64,000 nt of DNA, taken from IMG/VR virus record IMGVR_UViG_3300024322_000001. One strand, written 5' to 3'. The notes under the pieces were generated by a model. It saw only the letters and a program-made list of their open reading frames with translations. It searched no databases and was not told where the DNA came from. Made by a program: the position numbers and the translations under genes. Positions 38,388 to 48,292 of this stretch are shown here, piece after piece (the first letter of the stretch is position 1; each line of letters starts with the position of its first letter). This stretch comes from a virus (taxonomy: Duplodnaviria > Caudoviricetes).

Positions 38388-39060
38388 ATAACTTCTCTCC
38401 TAATTCAAATTGCCATTCATAATCTATATCAAATGCTTCAAGTTCAGGCATAGTAAATAATTTTATACCTCCAGGGGCTTGAAAATCTCCCATAAATTTA
38501 TCTTCCTTTATAAGATCCAATCTAGATGCATATAATACGTGAGCAGCTTCATATGTAGGCTCTACTGCTTTGGTATTCATTATAGTCTGATCTTCTGGCC
38601 AAGGAGTAACTAAAGCACCTCCTTTATTCCAATAGTAAGTTTTCTTTTCTATTACAGCAAATAAATTTTCTTCTACTTGATTTTTGAACTGATTATAAAA
38701 ATTTCCAATAGTTTCAGGTTTAAGTAAAGGATTACACCCTGAGATTAGAATTACGTATTTATAATTTTTAGGTAGCTTATCATGCCATTCATAAATCTTT
38801 TGTAAAGAGTTATCATTATTAGCTGATTCTTTACTCCTATAGAAAATATTTACTCCTTTATTTTCAGCAATACTTAATAGTTCGTCTTCGTATACTGAAG
38901 CCCATATATGTTCTTTGCTATGAGGGAATGCTGCGATTAGTTTATCTAATACAACATCAAATAAAGTAGTACCTGCAAAGTCTCTTACCATCTTTTGAGG
39001 GACTCTTTGACTGTTTAACCTCGCTTGTACTATTATAGCAATACTATCTGATTTTTTCAT
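38374..39060 (-). CDS. neuA: CMP-nonulosonate (acylneuraminate) cytidylyltransferase
   Basis: IIVQAR..S.RVP.K..R.F.G, P.L, FDID. Confidence 0.85.
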   Translation of the reverse strand: MKKSDSIAIIVQARLNSQRVPQKMVRDFAGTTLFDVVLDKLIAAFPHSKEHIWASVYEDELLSIAENKGVNIFYRSKESANNDNSLQKIYEWHDKLPKNYKYVILISGCNPLLKPETIGNFYNQFKNQVEENLFAVIEKKTYYWNKGGALVTPWPEDQTIMNTKAVEPTYEAAHVLYASRLDLIKEDKFMGDFQAPGGIKLFTMPELEAFDIDYEWQFELGEKLYEKL

Positions 39061-39739
39061 ATATTTCTTTTCTTAGGGGAAAATACTTTTTTGAAGCTTC
39101 TGTTCCTAAATTATATTCTAAACCCTCTCCTAAATTTTGTAATCTATTTTCTGTATCTATTTTACCTAAAATTATATATGCTTCCATAAATACATTATAG
39201 TAATCTTTCTCCCAATCTCTTCTTGTGTCTGTATCTTTTAATCCTTTTGTTCCAGTAAAAGCATGTACGTTAGTAAAATCTTTATCAAAACCGTCATAGC
39301 CTACAAAGTATATATTCTTTGCTCCAGTAACTAATGCTAAGCACAGCAGTCTAAGTACTGCTCCTGATTTTTGTGCTAATGTATATTGTATTTGGCCTAT
39401 ATCGATATCCATCTTGTAAATATTATAGTTAACGGAATTAGCAAATTTTATATATTCATCAGTGTTTTGTTTACCCCTGTAGTGAGAAGACTCGTAGTAA
39501 GTAAACGGCTGTGTTTTATTCAAATACGAAATAAGTCTACTATCACTTATGTCTGTTGTATAAGATAATTGATATAAATCAACAGTCTGTGCTGAAACTC
39601 TTTTATTCCTATAAAAATCATTACAAGTCCAAATGTAAGTATCCGGGGTGATTATCCTCTCCCAATTGACTTCGTTAGTTGAAGTTCCTCCTCCTATAAC
39701 TAAAATATCTTTACCGTTATATTTTTTTTCAAAATCCAT
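39044..39739 (-). CDS. second Maf/CstII-like putative transferase
   Basis: ILVIGGG.S, W.CN.FY, SG, GAKNIYFVGYDG. Confidence 0.65.
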   Translation of the reverse strand: MDFEKKYNGKDILVIGGGTSTNEVNWERIITPDTYIWTCNDFYRNKRVSAQTVDLYQLSYTTDISDSRLISYLNKTQPFTYYESSHYRGKQNTDEYIKFANSVNYNIYKMDIDIGQIQYTLAQKSGAVLRLLCLALVTGAKNIYFVGYDGFDKDFTNVHAFTGTKGLKDTDTRRDWEKDYYNVFMEAYIILGKIDTENRLQNLGEGLEYNLGTEASKKYFPLRKEIYEKIR

Positions 39740-39742
39740 AGA

Positions 39743-40465
39743 TTAACTCTCTGTAGGAAGTTTCATTAACGTACTCCAAAATGTATGTTTTTCACCTTCA
39801 GGCCCTCTTACTTTTCCTCTATACCGGTTTTTAAATATGTAATGCCAGCCACTGTCATGCTTTTCAGAAATAGGTCCTACGAATTTAAATTTATTAAATA
39901 TTTTTGCCCATTCCTTTTTATATTTAATCTCATGTGCTAAATGTAAATTAACTTTATTATCATGTACTGAAGGTTCAAACCAAGGAGATAAGGAGAATAC
40001 AAAAATACCATCATCGTCAAGGTGCTTATATACGTTGTCAGCAAATTGATGTAACTCTTCTGGAGGTAAGTGTTCTATTACTTCCCAGGCCATTATAAGG
40101 TCAAACTTTTTAAGAGATTTGTTTTCTTCAATAGTGAAGGGTTTAGATATATCACAGGTAAAAAGTTTTTCAGAATATTTATCCCAATTGGGTCTGTTGT
40201 TTTTAATAGGCCAGTCACTCCCTTCTAACCCTACAGCATCTGCTCCTTTGACTATAAAGTCATCTACTAAAACTCCTGAAGCTGCTCCTAAGTCTAATAC
40301 TGAAATATCTTTTCGATTAAAATAATTTTGAACTTCAGCTACAAAAGGGTTTTTATTGTTTAGCCAATTATAATACGGACCACCTGCAACGTTTTTAGTA
40401 CCCTGAGGGTAGTGGTGATCAGGTGAATCTTTAGCTAGCTTATATTCTGATATTAACTCTATCAT
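39743..40465 (-). CDS. class I SAM-dependent methyltransferase
   Basis: VLDLGAASG, FDLI.AWEVIEHL, L...G. Confidence 0.9.
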   Translation of the reverse strand: MIELISEYKLAKDSPDHHYPQGTKNVAGGPYYNWLNNKNPFVAEVQNYFNRKDISVLDLGAASGVLVDDFIVKGADAVGLEGSDWPIKNNRPNWDKYSEKLFTCDISKPFTIEENKSLKKFDLIMAWEVIEHLPPEELHQFADNVYKHLDDDGIFVFSLSPWFEPSVHDNKVNLHLAHEIKYKKEWAKIFNKFKFVGPISEKHDSGWHYIFKNRYRGKVRGPEGEKHTFWSTLMKLPTES

Positions 40466-40467
40466 GC

Positions 40468-41319
40468 CTACCCTCTTAATTTTTCTCTAACAGGTTTTTC
40501 TGATTCAGTTACTTGGATGCTTCCGTCTCCATAAGCTTGTTCTAGTTCCCGTATACCTGATATAAGTTTAAATAGTCCATGAGGAGTAACAGAAGCACTA
40601 TGGTCTGATCCTTCCATATTTCTATCAAGGGTAATATGTCTTTCAATTATTTCCGCTCCAAGAAGAACAGATGCAACTGTAGTACCTAGTAGCATTTCAT
40701 GACCTGAGTATCCGATTGAGAAGTCTGGGTATTTATCTTTTAACGTCTTTATAGCAGATAAGTTAAGTTCATCTACAGGGGCAGGATAAGTAGAATTGCA
40801 ATGCAAAAGTCCTATGGATTCTGTCTTGTTATAGAATGCCTTAGCAGTTCTAAGCGTATCTACTGCATGATCTATTTCTTCCTCAGTAGACATACCAGTT
40901 GAGAAAATAACCTTTGGAAATCTTTCAACACAAGCAGTAAGTAAATCATCATCTGTTAACGATGCAGAAGGAAGTTTAATAAAAGGTAAGTTATACTGCT
41001 CTAAAAATTCTACAGAGTCCATATCCCAAGGTGATGCAGACCATGCTATTCCTTGCTGCTTACAGTATCGATCAATTTCATCATACTCTTCTTTGCCGAA
41101 CTCAACTTTATACTTATACTCTAAGTATGTCATTTCTTCTCCTTGCCAACTTCTCGGCTTACTTTTCTGTGCTTCAGGTACACAGACGTCAGGATTTCTC
41201 TTTTGAAATTTAACTGCATCACAACCTGCTGCTGCTGCAATATCAATTAATCTTTTAGCTATAGATAAATCACCTTGATGATTAATACCTATTTCTGCAA
41301 TAACGTACGTTTTGTTCAT
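40468..41319 (-). CDS. neuB: nonulosonate (NeuNAc/KDN-9-P-type) synthase, no C-terminal SAF domain
   Basis: IAEIGINH.G, AVKFQKR, STGM, LHC.S.YP, GYSGHE, ERH.TLD..GSDH..S; 283 aa. Confidence 0.92.
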   Translation of the reverse strand: MNKTYVIAEIGINHQGDLSIAKRLIDIAAAAGCDAVKFQKRNPDVCVPEAQKSKPRSWQGEEMTYLEYKYKVEFGKEEYDEIDRYCKQQGIAWSASPWDMDSVEFLEQYNLPFIKLPSASLTDDDLLTACVERFPKVIFSTGMSTEEEIDHAVDTLRTAKAFYNKTESIGLLHCNSTYPAPVDELNLSAIKTLKDKYPDFSIGYSGHEMLLGTTVASVLLGAEIIERHITLDRNMEGSDHSASVTPHGLFKLISGIRELEQAYGDGSIQVTESEKPVREKLRG

Positions 41320-41627
41320 AACTCTTCTATTCTTTTTGTTTTATCACATATGAGTAAATCATACGCAGGCTTATCACCTACGCTTAATTTATGGTGTTTA
41401 GCGCCCCATTGTTCTAATTGTCGTTTAGTTAGCTCTGTAAACTCTTCCCTTCTAGTCTTATTGATAGATGCTCTAGCAGTATAGTACACAATAGTATTAC
41501 CTTCATCGTAGAGTTTATTTATCTTCTCAATATTAATTTTAATAGGACGAGCTCTATAGTAGTTTGTTTTACTATCATCTATATGATAATCAGCAATCGT
41601 ATCATCAATATCAACGTATATAACCAT
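41316..41627 (-). CDS. capless HAD-family phosphatase
   Basis: DIDDT, YTAR, K.AYDL.I.DK. Confidence 0.85.
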   Translation of the reverse strand: MVIYVDIDDTIADYHIDDSKTNYYRARPIKINIEKINKLYDEGNTIVYYTARASINKTRREEFTELTKRQLEQWGAKHHKLSVGDKPAYDLLICDKTKRIEEL

Positions 41628-41654
41628 ATTATAATATAAGAAAAACTATTTTAA

Positions 41655-42248
41655 CTACCAACTTATCTGTTGATGATCTTTTTTTACTTCTGTGTTTATT
41701 TCTAAGTATTGACGCTTCACTAGTACTCCTATATTTTTATTATACTTAAGTACGTATTCTTTTTTATAGGTGTCTAAAAATTTATCAATTGCTAGTTTCA
41801 CACCAGGGAATTCTGAGTATCCTGTAGCTATTATTACTCCTCCTATATTTAGTTTATTATGAAGAGTATTCAAACTAAATAGCGTGCTTGAATAGCTAAC
41901 TAAATCTGTATGTATTACTGCAATTTTTTCTTTAGAAGCATAAGGCTTAGCTAGAGTATCTTCTACATATCCTTTCACTAACTTAACTTCTTTCTTTATA
42001 GTGTGCCTGATATCCATTGCGGGCTGAATAGGTCTTTTGTGACCTCCTTTGACGAATGCATTTTCGTCTTCTTTACTGGGTTCATTATATCCTTCGAATG
42101 AATCATATAATCGAATATTCCTTTTGCATGTATCGTTATTATTCATAAAAGAAATAAATTCAGTTAAGTGCTTACCTTTTCCGAATCCTAATTCAATAAA
42201 TGAACCTTTTACATTGTCTGCTAATTTAATTGCTTCTAAGTACCTCAT
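41655..42248 (-). CDS. TylF/MycF-like methyltransferase
   Basis: G.FIELG..G, YDSFEG, LVKG..DTL, H.DL.SY.ST, GV..A.D.F. Confidence 0.85.
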   Translation of the reverse strand: MRYLEAIKLADNVKGSFIELGFGKGKHLTEFISFMNNNDTCKRNIRLYDSFEGYNEPSKEDENAFVKGGHKRPIQPAMDIRHTIKKEVKLVKGYVEDTLAKPYASKEKIAVIHTDLVSYSSTLFSLNTLHNKLNIGGVIIATGYSEFPGVKLAIDKFLDTYKKEYVLKYNKNIGVLVKRQYLEINTEVKKDHQQISW

Positions 42249-42262
42249 AATAATAAATAGGT

Positions 42263-42421
42263 TTATCTAGGATTTGGTACCAACCTGAATGTACAACCTG
42301 GTCTTCCATTAATTATAGGCATTCCGAACTCATCGTACTCTATAGTTTTTACTTTAGTTCTTTTATTTTTAAATCGACCTACCATTATAGTATCGCCAAC
42401 TTTAACATCTATTTTTATCAT
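42263..42421 (-). CDS. small conserved phage protein (52 aa, not in ORF track)
   Basis: MIKIDVKVGDTIMVGRFKNK..VK.I..DE.GMP.ING. Confidence 0.7.
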   Translation of the reverse strand: MIKIDVKVGDTIMVGRFKNKRTKVKTIEYDEFGMPIINGRPGCTFRLVPNPR

Positions 42422-43041
42422 AATGTATCGTAATAAGCATTTTGTTTTTCTTGTCTCTCTATTGTTTTAGGATGAACTAAAGCTAAATCGTGGGAAGCAG
42501 GAAGTGGGGCATATGTTTTAAAACCTTCTAATCTTTCATGTACCTTATTAACCCATTTGATTGGAGGAACATTTCTCCATATCCTCCATTGGTAATCAGG
42601 CCAGTTGACTCTTCCTTCATCATCAATATTCCATCTCCATTTAGTAATATGTTCTTGTGTAAGTCCTTCAACTGTATTAATCCTAGGGACTAAAAAGACA
42701 TGGTTAGTTGGATTCATTTCTATTATTCCTGGGAGGTTAGAGAGTAGAACCTCATTAGGTATTTCATCTGCATCTATCTGGAAGATATAATCACCTGTAC
42801 AGTAAGAGGTAAGTTTATTTTTCCAGTTAGCAAAATGCCCTTCAAACTCTCCACTATGCCATCTAAATTCTCCATTTACTGAATGAGAGCGTAAATATTC
42901 TTCTACTGGTTTAGTACCTCCTTTACTGTCATATAATATAACAATCTCGTCCTCGAAACGTTTATATTCTAATAAAAAAGATACTAGACGTTGAATTTCT
43001 ACTATCTCGTTACAAACTGTTATTGCGTAACTAATTTTCAT
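42418..43041 (-). CDS. glycosyltransferase family 2 (KdtX-like)
   Basis: ISYAITVCNE, F...KN, IDADE, PDYQ.R, VHE. Confidence 0.9.
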   Translation of the reverse strand: MKISYAITVCNEIVEIQRLVSFLLEYKRFEDEIVILYDSKGGTKPVEEYLRSHSVNGEFRWHSGEFEGHFANWKNKLTSYCTGDYIFQIDADEIPNEVLLSNLPGIIEMNPTNHVFLVPRINTVEGLTQEHITKWRWNIDDEGRVNWPDYQWRIWRNVPPIKWVNKVHERLEGFKTYAPLPASHDLALVHPKTIERQEKQNAYYDTL

Positions 43042-43883
43042 AGACTTAAAATATATTCTCTTAACCTATCTTTAGGAAACCATCCTAAACGATCTAATGC
43101 GTCGTTGTTTTCCCTTAATGTAATTCTATAATTACCGGATTGATCAGGTATAAACTTTGATTTAATGTCTGGATATCTTTCTTTAAACATTTCATAAACT
43201 TCATTAATAGAGTAATTTAGACCTGTTCCTAACTCCCAAGCGTCTTCATGAACTTCGTTTTTAAAACCTATACGGTATAAAGCTTCTACAATATTATCTA
43301 CGTGAGTGAAATCTCTTCTTTGTTCACCATCACCTACTATAGTAATCTTTTCTCCTTCTCTAACCTGTCTTCTCCATATACCTATTACTGCAGCCCAATC
43401 TCCATCCACGATTTCATTTGGACCGTAAACGTTATAGAATCTGGCAATTTCGATATCCATCCCGTATGTTTTCTTATACATTTTACATACCTCTTCTCCC
43501 ATGTACTTACAGCTAGCATAAGGTGATTGATATGGATCATGCCATTTAGAAGAAGATCCAGCATATACTACCTTTGCATTAGTCCTTCTTGCTAGTTCTA
43601 AAACCTGTTGAGTACCTAAAGTATTTACTCTATATGTTTCATTTGGATTATTAAAAGAAGGTTGTATTCTAGAAAGAGCGGCTAGATGAAATATTTTATC
43701 GTACTTACCTAACCTATTAGCAGTTTCGATATCTCCAATAATATAGTTACATTCACGATGTTCATTTTCTATGTTACCTGTAGAGTAATCATCTAACGAG
43801 TCTACATCATGCCCTTCTTCTAGAAGTTTCTTAATTAAATTACTCCCAATAAATCCTGCTCCGCCTGTAACTAATATTTTCAT
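43038..43883 (-). CDS. NAD-dependent epimerase/dehydratase
   Basis: TGGAGFIGS, HLAA, SPY..CK, RFYNVYGP, RDFTHV. Confidence 0.92.
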   Translation of the reverse strand: MKILVTGGAGFIGSNLIKKLLEEGHDVDSLDDYSTGNIENEHRECNYIIGDIETANRLGKYDKIFHLAALSRIQPSFNNPNETYRVNTLGTQQVLELARRTNAKVVYAGSSSKWHDPYQSPYASCKYMGEEVCKMYKKTYGMDIEIARFYNVYGPNEIVDGDWAAVIGIWRRQVREGEKITIVGDGEQRRDFTHVDNIVEALYRIGFKNEVHEDAWELGTGLNYSINEVYEMFKERYPDIKSKFIPDQSGNYRITLRENNDALDRLGWFPKDRLREYILSL

Positions 43884-43888
43884 GTTTT

Positions 43889-44359
43889 TTATTCTTGTGG
43901 TAGGCTAAAAAATCCAATCGATTCTAAAGCGTCCATAAAATCATCTTTATTATAAATTCTTTTATTTTTCATATCCATTCGAATAGTTTGATCAGCTGGA
44001 AAGTTAGAAGTTTTTCTATCTTCTTCGGTTATATTAACAGAATCAACTGCTGTCCAACTCCAGTTGTCTTTATCCGTACCGTCTATAAATACCATTCCTT
44101 TTGTAGGTAATGTTATTGTTGCTGGAAGCCATACTCTACCGTTTTTATCTTCATGCATTAGGTCTCTGTATAATTCCGGAGAAGATTCTATCGCATTATT
44201 AACTGCTGCACTTCCTTTTGTCATTACAGTAGAGGTTGTAAATCCACTGCCAAAGCAAAGCCATGTTGTTATCGTATCATTTGTGTTTCCGTCTACAATA
44301 GTTCGTTGGTAACATGCATTACTTCCGAATGGTCCTTCTACTAATTGATCTTTATCCAT
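43889..44359 (-). CDS. hypothetical protein
   Basis: 156 aa, KGMVF.DG...W.W motif. Confidence 0.7.
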   Translation of the reverse strand: MDKDQLVEGPFGSNACYQRTIVDGNTNDTITTWLCFGSGFTTSTVMTKGSAAVNNAIESSPELYRDLMHEDKNGRVWLPATITLPTKGMVFIDGTDKDNWSWTAVDSVNITEEDRKTSNFPADQTIRMDMKNKRIYNKDDFMDALESIGFFSLPQE

Positions 44360-45644
44360 CTATCTTTTGTAATTTAGGTAATTCTAATTTAGGTAATGTT
44401 AACTCTATTCTTTCAGGAGCCTTAATTGAATGTCCCTCTAAAAGTCTTTGAAGCTCTTTTACCATGTGGGTATAGGTAAAATTGTCTAGAGTATTTCGTC
44501 TCAGTTTTTTACTATTTTGAAGTTTAATCTTATACTTTTTAAAAGTTTCTTTATATGCTCTACTAACTTCTAAATCGTTAGGAGTAAACCAACTTGACTC
44601 AGGTAATATTATCTTCTCTACTGCTGCTGATGGGTGTACCTTATCTAAGCTACCGCCAACTAATGTAGTAAGTTCAGGTTTTAAAAAGTCTGTATGTCCT
44701 GACCATCCGGATGCTATAATTGGTTTACCTGTTGTAGTAAATTCAAGAAGAGGTCTGCCAAATCCTTCTCCTTTGGTATGGCTAACCATTACCTTTACTT
44801 TAGAATGGTTATACAATTCATTCATTTGATCATCAGATATTTCACCGTGTATCAAGTATATATTAGGTAACCTACCTTTTACAGTTTTTCTAATTTTATC
44901 TATTCTATCCAGTACTCTTTCTCTATCCATTATTGAGGTAGTAGACGTATGGCATTTTAAAATTAGTGCAGGAGGGTTTTGTTTATTTTTAAAATGCTCT
45001 AAGAAAGATTTAATAGTATAGGCTACATTTTTTCTATCGTGCCCAAAGTCACCTTGCATCCAATGCCCTACGAATAGGTAACAGAAACTCTCTTTGATTT
45101 CTGCTAGTTGTTCACTAAGTTCAGTCTTAGTTACAGATTTAGTACTGTATTGTTCTATATCTACTCCTTCGAAGAGGACTTCTATAGGAGTTTCAGCCTT
45201 TACGACCTTAACTACTTGGTTAGTATTCTTATCTCTACCTTCAAAAGATGAATTTAAAATTACATCCTTAGAGTGTTGAGATGAAGTAAGAATCAAATTC
45301 ATTCTATTTACTCCCTCTACCCATGTGTGATGCATTAGGTTAGTTTCTACTGTTGCAGTAACTCCTATATTAAAGTTACCTACCGGTTGAAATTCATTCG
45401 GTATAGTAATTTGTATCCATACATCTGGCTTAGCATTTAAACCTGGTATAATTCTACTATACAAGTCATCTTCCTTGTGGTCTTGAAGATATCCAAATCT
45501 GGTATTACCCCAGCGTTGAGATAATATTTTTACGTCCCATTCTGGTTTAGACTCTATTAGTGCTTTGACGAAGTCTCTACTTCTTGCTCCATAACCTGAG
45601 TAGGTATCTGCTGGGCAACTAACTACACAATTTAATTTACTCAT
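44352..45644 (-). CDS. glycosyltransferase, GT-B / family 4-like
   Basis: SGYG, RKN, GEGFGRPLLE, SGH.DF. Confidence 0.9.
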   Translation of the reverse strand: MSKLNCVVSCPADTYSGYGARSRDFVKALIESKPEWDVKILSQRWGNTRFGYLQDHKEDDLYSRIIPGLNAKPDVWIQITIPNEFQPVGNFNIGVTATVETNLMHHTWVEGVNRMNLILTSSQHSKDVILNSSFEGRDKNTNQVVKVVKAETPIEVLFEGVDIEQYSTKSVTKTELSEQLAEIKESFCYLFVGHWMQGDFGHDRKNVAYTIKSFLEHFKNKQNPPALILKCHTSTTSIMDRERVLDRIDKIRKTVKGRLPNIYLIHGEISDDQMNELYNHSKVKVMVSHTKGEGFGRPLLEFTTTGKPIIASGWSGHTDFLKPELTTLVGGSLDKVHPSAAVEKIILPESSWFTPNDLEVSRAYKETFKKYKIKLQNSKKLRRNTLDNFTYTHMVKELQRLLEGHSIKAPERIELTLPKLELPKLQKIDG

Positions 45645-45645
45645 C

Positions 45646-47085
45646 TTAATATCCTGTTAATTTATGTTCAATATATTTACTTGGTCTTTCATCTATATGA
45701 ATAAACTCAAAAGCTGGTCTAGGAGTGAATGTATCTATAGTTTCATCTACGTATTTAATAATAGAGTTACTCATATGTTCACCTGTAAAGCTTGCTTCCT
45801 TAGATGTAGCCCATACTCTTCCTTTTTCTCCTCTAGCAATTCTTTCCTCTCTAGGTATTTCATATACCTTAACTAGAGCATCTGCTACGTCTTCCGGTGA
45901 TACTCTATCGTCAAATATGTAAGGAGTAGGTACTGAACCTGCTAAAGATATATTGCTTGGGAATACCGGCATAGCCCAGTCCCCACATTTTTTATAGGTA
46001 CCTCTATGGTTTGATGGAAAATCAGGTGATAAATCTAGCCAATCGCCGTTCTCATCTTCAAATCTCATTTGATCTTGCATTCCTCCGGTTACTGCCCCTA
46101 TTATCATTGTACCTGTTACTAAAGATTCAGTTAAAGATAACCCCCATCCTTCGTTAGATGAGATTAACATAGTAACGTCTGCTAAGTTATATAGCCCGTT
46201 CATCTGTGCAGGTGTAAGCTTTGTAGTTGAGAACAGAACATTAACATAAGAGGGATCACATAATGCTTCTTTTACTGCTCTTAAGTCCGTTCCGTGTTGA
46301 TCTGCTACTGCAGTGTGCATAACCAGCACACATTTAGAAGCTGCTTCTTTACCAATTTTATCACAGAACATTCTATACGATAAGATTACATCTCCTGGTC
46401 TCTTTCTTTGTATATTTCTAGAATTAAAGAACACTACATATTCATAATCTTGACCCATCAGTACCTCTTCCTTAAATTTTATATAGTCTTTACTATTTTT
46501 GTCTAAAGGTTTAAATTGATCAGTATTAATTCCATGAGGAACGTAAGCAGAAAGTTTATCTTTATAATCGTCTTGAAGTACAATTTCATTAATAACTTTT
46601 GTTTGTTTTGAAATTGCTAATAGTGCATCTACTGAATTGTAGTACTGTTTGTTGTACATAGGAGCTGGATAATCATCCCAAATGTTTAACCAAACGATTG
46701 GTATTTGGCTTCTGATTTCTCTTTCTATTTCGAATAACCAGGTCCAGTATCTAGGGTCTGTAAATATAAAAATAGCGTCAGGCTTTTCATCTTTAATAAT
46801 CTGTCTAACTGTTTTAACATCTCCATAACCGTTATTTGGTCTTAGCCTAACGTCACTATCTTCTATGCCGATTTGCTTATTAACATCACTAGAAATATTT
46901 AATACTTTTCCTGTGTCTCCATGTTTAACTGCTGCTGCTAATTGAAACCAATTAAAATGGTGAGCTGATCCAATAACAAATTCTCGTGCCATTGTTGCGA
47001 TTCCTGAATGCATTCTGATATCATCACATAACAGAAGAACTTTCTTACGATCTTCTTTTGGTATATAACCTAACTTATTTGTCAT
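45646..47085 (-). CDS. glycosyltransferase, GT-B / family 4-like
   Basis: SG.A, VPHGI, RN..RK, YNLADV, NEGWGLS..E. Confidence 0.9.
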   Translation of the reverse strand: MTNKLGYIPKEDRKKVLLLCDDIRMHSGIATMAREFVIGSAHHFNWFQLAAAVKHGDTGKVLNISSDVNKQIGIEDSDVRLRPNNGYGDVKTVRQIIKDEKPDAIFIFTDPRYWTWLFEIEREIRSQIPIVWLNIWDDYPAPMYNKQYYNSVDALLAISKQTKVINEIVLQDDYKDKLSAYVPHGINTDQFKPLDKNSKDYIKFKEEVLMGQDYEYVVFFNSRNIQRKRPGDVILSYRMFCDKIGKEAASKCVLVMHTAVADQHGTDLRAVKEALCDPSYVNVLFSTTKLTPAQMNGLYNLADVTMLISSNEGWGLSLTESLVTGTMIIGAVTGGMQDQMRFEDENGDWLDLSPDFPSNHRGTYKKCGDWAMPVFPSNISLAGSVPTPYIFDDRVSPEDVADALVKVYEIPREERIARGEKGRVWATSKEASFTGEHMSNSIIKYVDETIDTFTPRPAFEFIHIDERPSKYIEHKLTGY

Positions 47086-47275
47086 CTACTTTTTTTATTA
47101 TAATATTATTTTGTTTATGTATTTGCTCTCTAAAGTCTTTATCAGTAAGATAAAGAAAAATTGCCCGATCGGCAAGCTTTTTGAAAGAAAAATTATGCCG
47201 TAAGCAGCTCATTTTAAACTCATCAAAGAGGGGTTGAGTAATTTTGACTGATGTCAATTTTTCATTTTTTCTCAT
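47075..47275 (-). CDS. small ribbon-helix-helix-like protein
   Basis: LTSVKI...LF.EFK..C; late motif 47308-47315. Confidence 0.55.
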   Translation of the reverse strand: MRKNEKLTSVKITQPLFDEFKMSCLRHNFSFKKLADRAIFLYLTDKDFREQIHKQNNIIIKKVDDK

Positions 47276-47323
47276 AACTTAATTTATATATTTATATACT
47301 TATATATTATAAATAGCTTATGT

Positions 47324-48292
47324 TCACAAAACAGCATCTGGGCATATTCTCATCTTTTTAAAAGCACAGAACATACAGGAACTTTTAGAAGGAGTCGTTG
47401 GATATTCTTTATCAATATACTCTCCATTTGTATCAACTGCATTTTCTACAAAATGCTCCATTAAATTTACTGCTTGTTTTACCTTTCTAGTTCCTGCTGT
47501 TGGTCTAAATTCTTGAACTCTTCTCTGCATTGATGCAAATTCAGCTTCTACAGGAACTCTTCTTTTTACTATAAAGTATTCTACCTCAATTTTTTCAATA
47601 GGAATATTAAATTGCTCACTAAAAAACTTTTTATAAAGTAAAATTTGAGAAATTCTCTTATCGTCTTTTTTTGCATAGGCATTCCATCCTGATGTTGAAG
47701 TTTTGATATCTACAATTTTCCACATATCAACCCTATCATCGTAAAATATTAAGTCAACAAATCCTTTAAACATAACTCCAGGACGTAACTCCTGGTATAG
47801 TAACGTCTCTACTCCTGCTAAATGAACACCTTTAGTACCGAAGTAAGCTCTACGTTTACTCTTTATAAATTTCAATATATGTTTTCCGTCAATCCAGAAT
47901 AAATTTAACTCTTCTGGTGTAGAGAAATTTTCGTGTCCATTCTGTGCTCTTGTAGCTTTATAAGCTTTTATCATATTATCATAAAGTAACTTATCTAAAT
48001 CCATTTCGTTAGCAGTTTTTACTTTATCATGATATAGAACCTCTAAGTAAGTCTGTAATGTTTCATGAAAGGCAGTACCGAATACTGCATGAATAGAAGC
48101 TTGGTAGGGTGCTAGCTTTTTAACATAAGTTAAATACCATTGCTTTTGACAGCTAGCAAAAGAAGAAAGTTGAGAATAAGAAATATGTTTATTACTCCTT
48201 GGTGATTGCTTCAATTTACTTTCCCAAACCTCTTTCACTAAAGGGTTAGCCTTCTTTTTAACCCCTTCAGGGTAAATCTTTTTTGCTGGCAT
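47324..48292 (-). CDS. PD-(D/E)XK nuclease (AddB/Cas4-like exonuclease)
   Basis: SYSQL...C, GTAFHE, GFVD, DIKT, QILLY, C..C.....C. Confidence 0.9.
   Translation of the reverse strand: MPAKKIYPEGVKKKANPLVKEVWESKLKQSPRSNKHISYSQLSSFASCQKQWYLTYVKKLAPYQASIHAVFGTAFHETLQTYLEVLYHDKVKTANEMDLDKLLYDNMIKAYKATRAQNGHENFSTPEELNLFWIDGKHILKFIKSKRRAYFGTKGVHLAGVETLLYQELRPGVMFKGFVDLIFYDDRVDMWKIVDIKTSTSGWNAYAKKDDKRISQILLYKKFFSEQFNIPIEKIEVEYFIVKRRVPVEAEFASMQRRVQEFRPTAGTRKVKQAVNLMEHFVENAVDTNGEYIDKEYPTTPSKSSCMFCAFKKMRICPDAVL

Noticed and set aside
47324-48292. Cas4 of a CRISPR system
   Set aside because: Stand-alone PD-(D/E)XK nucleases are common in phages; no array or other cas genes in the window
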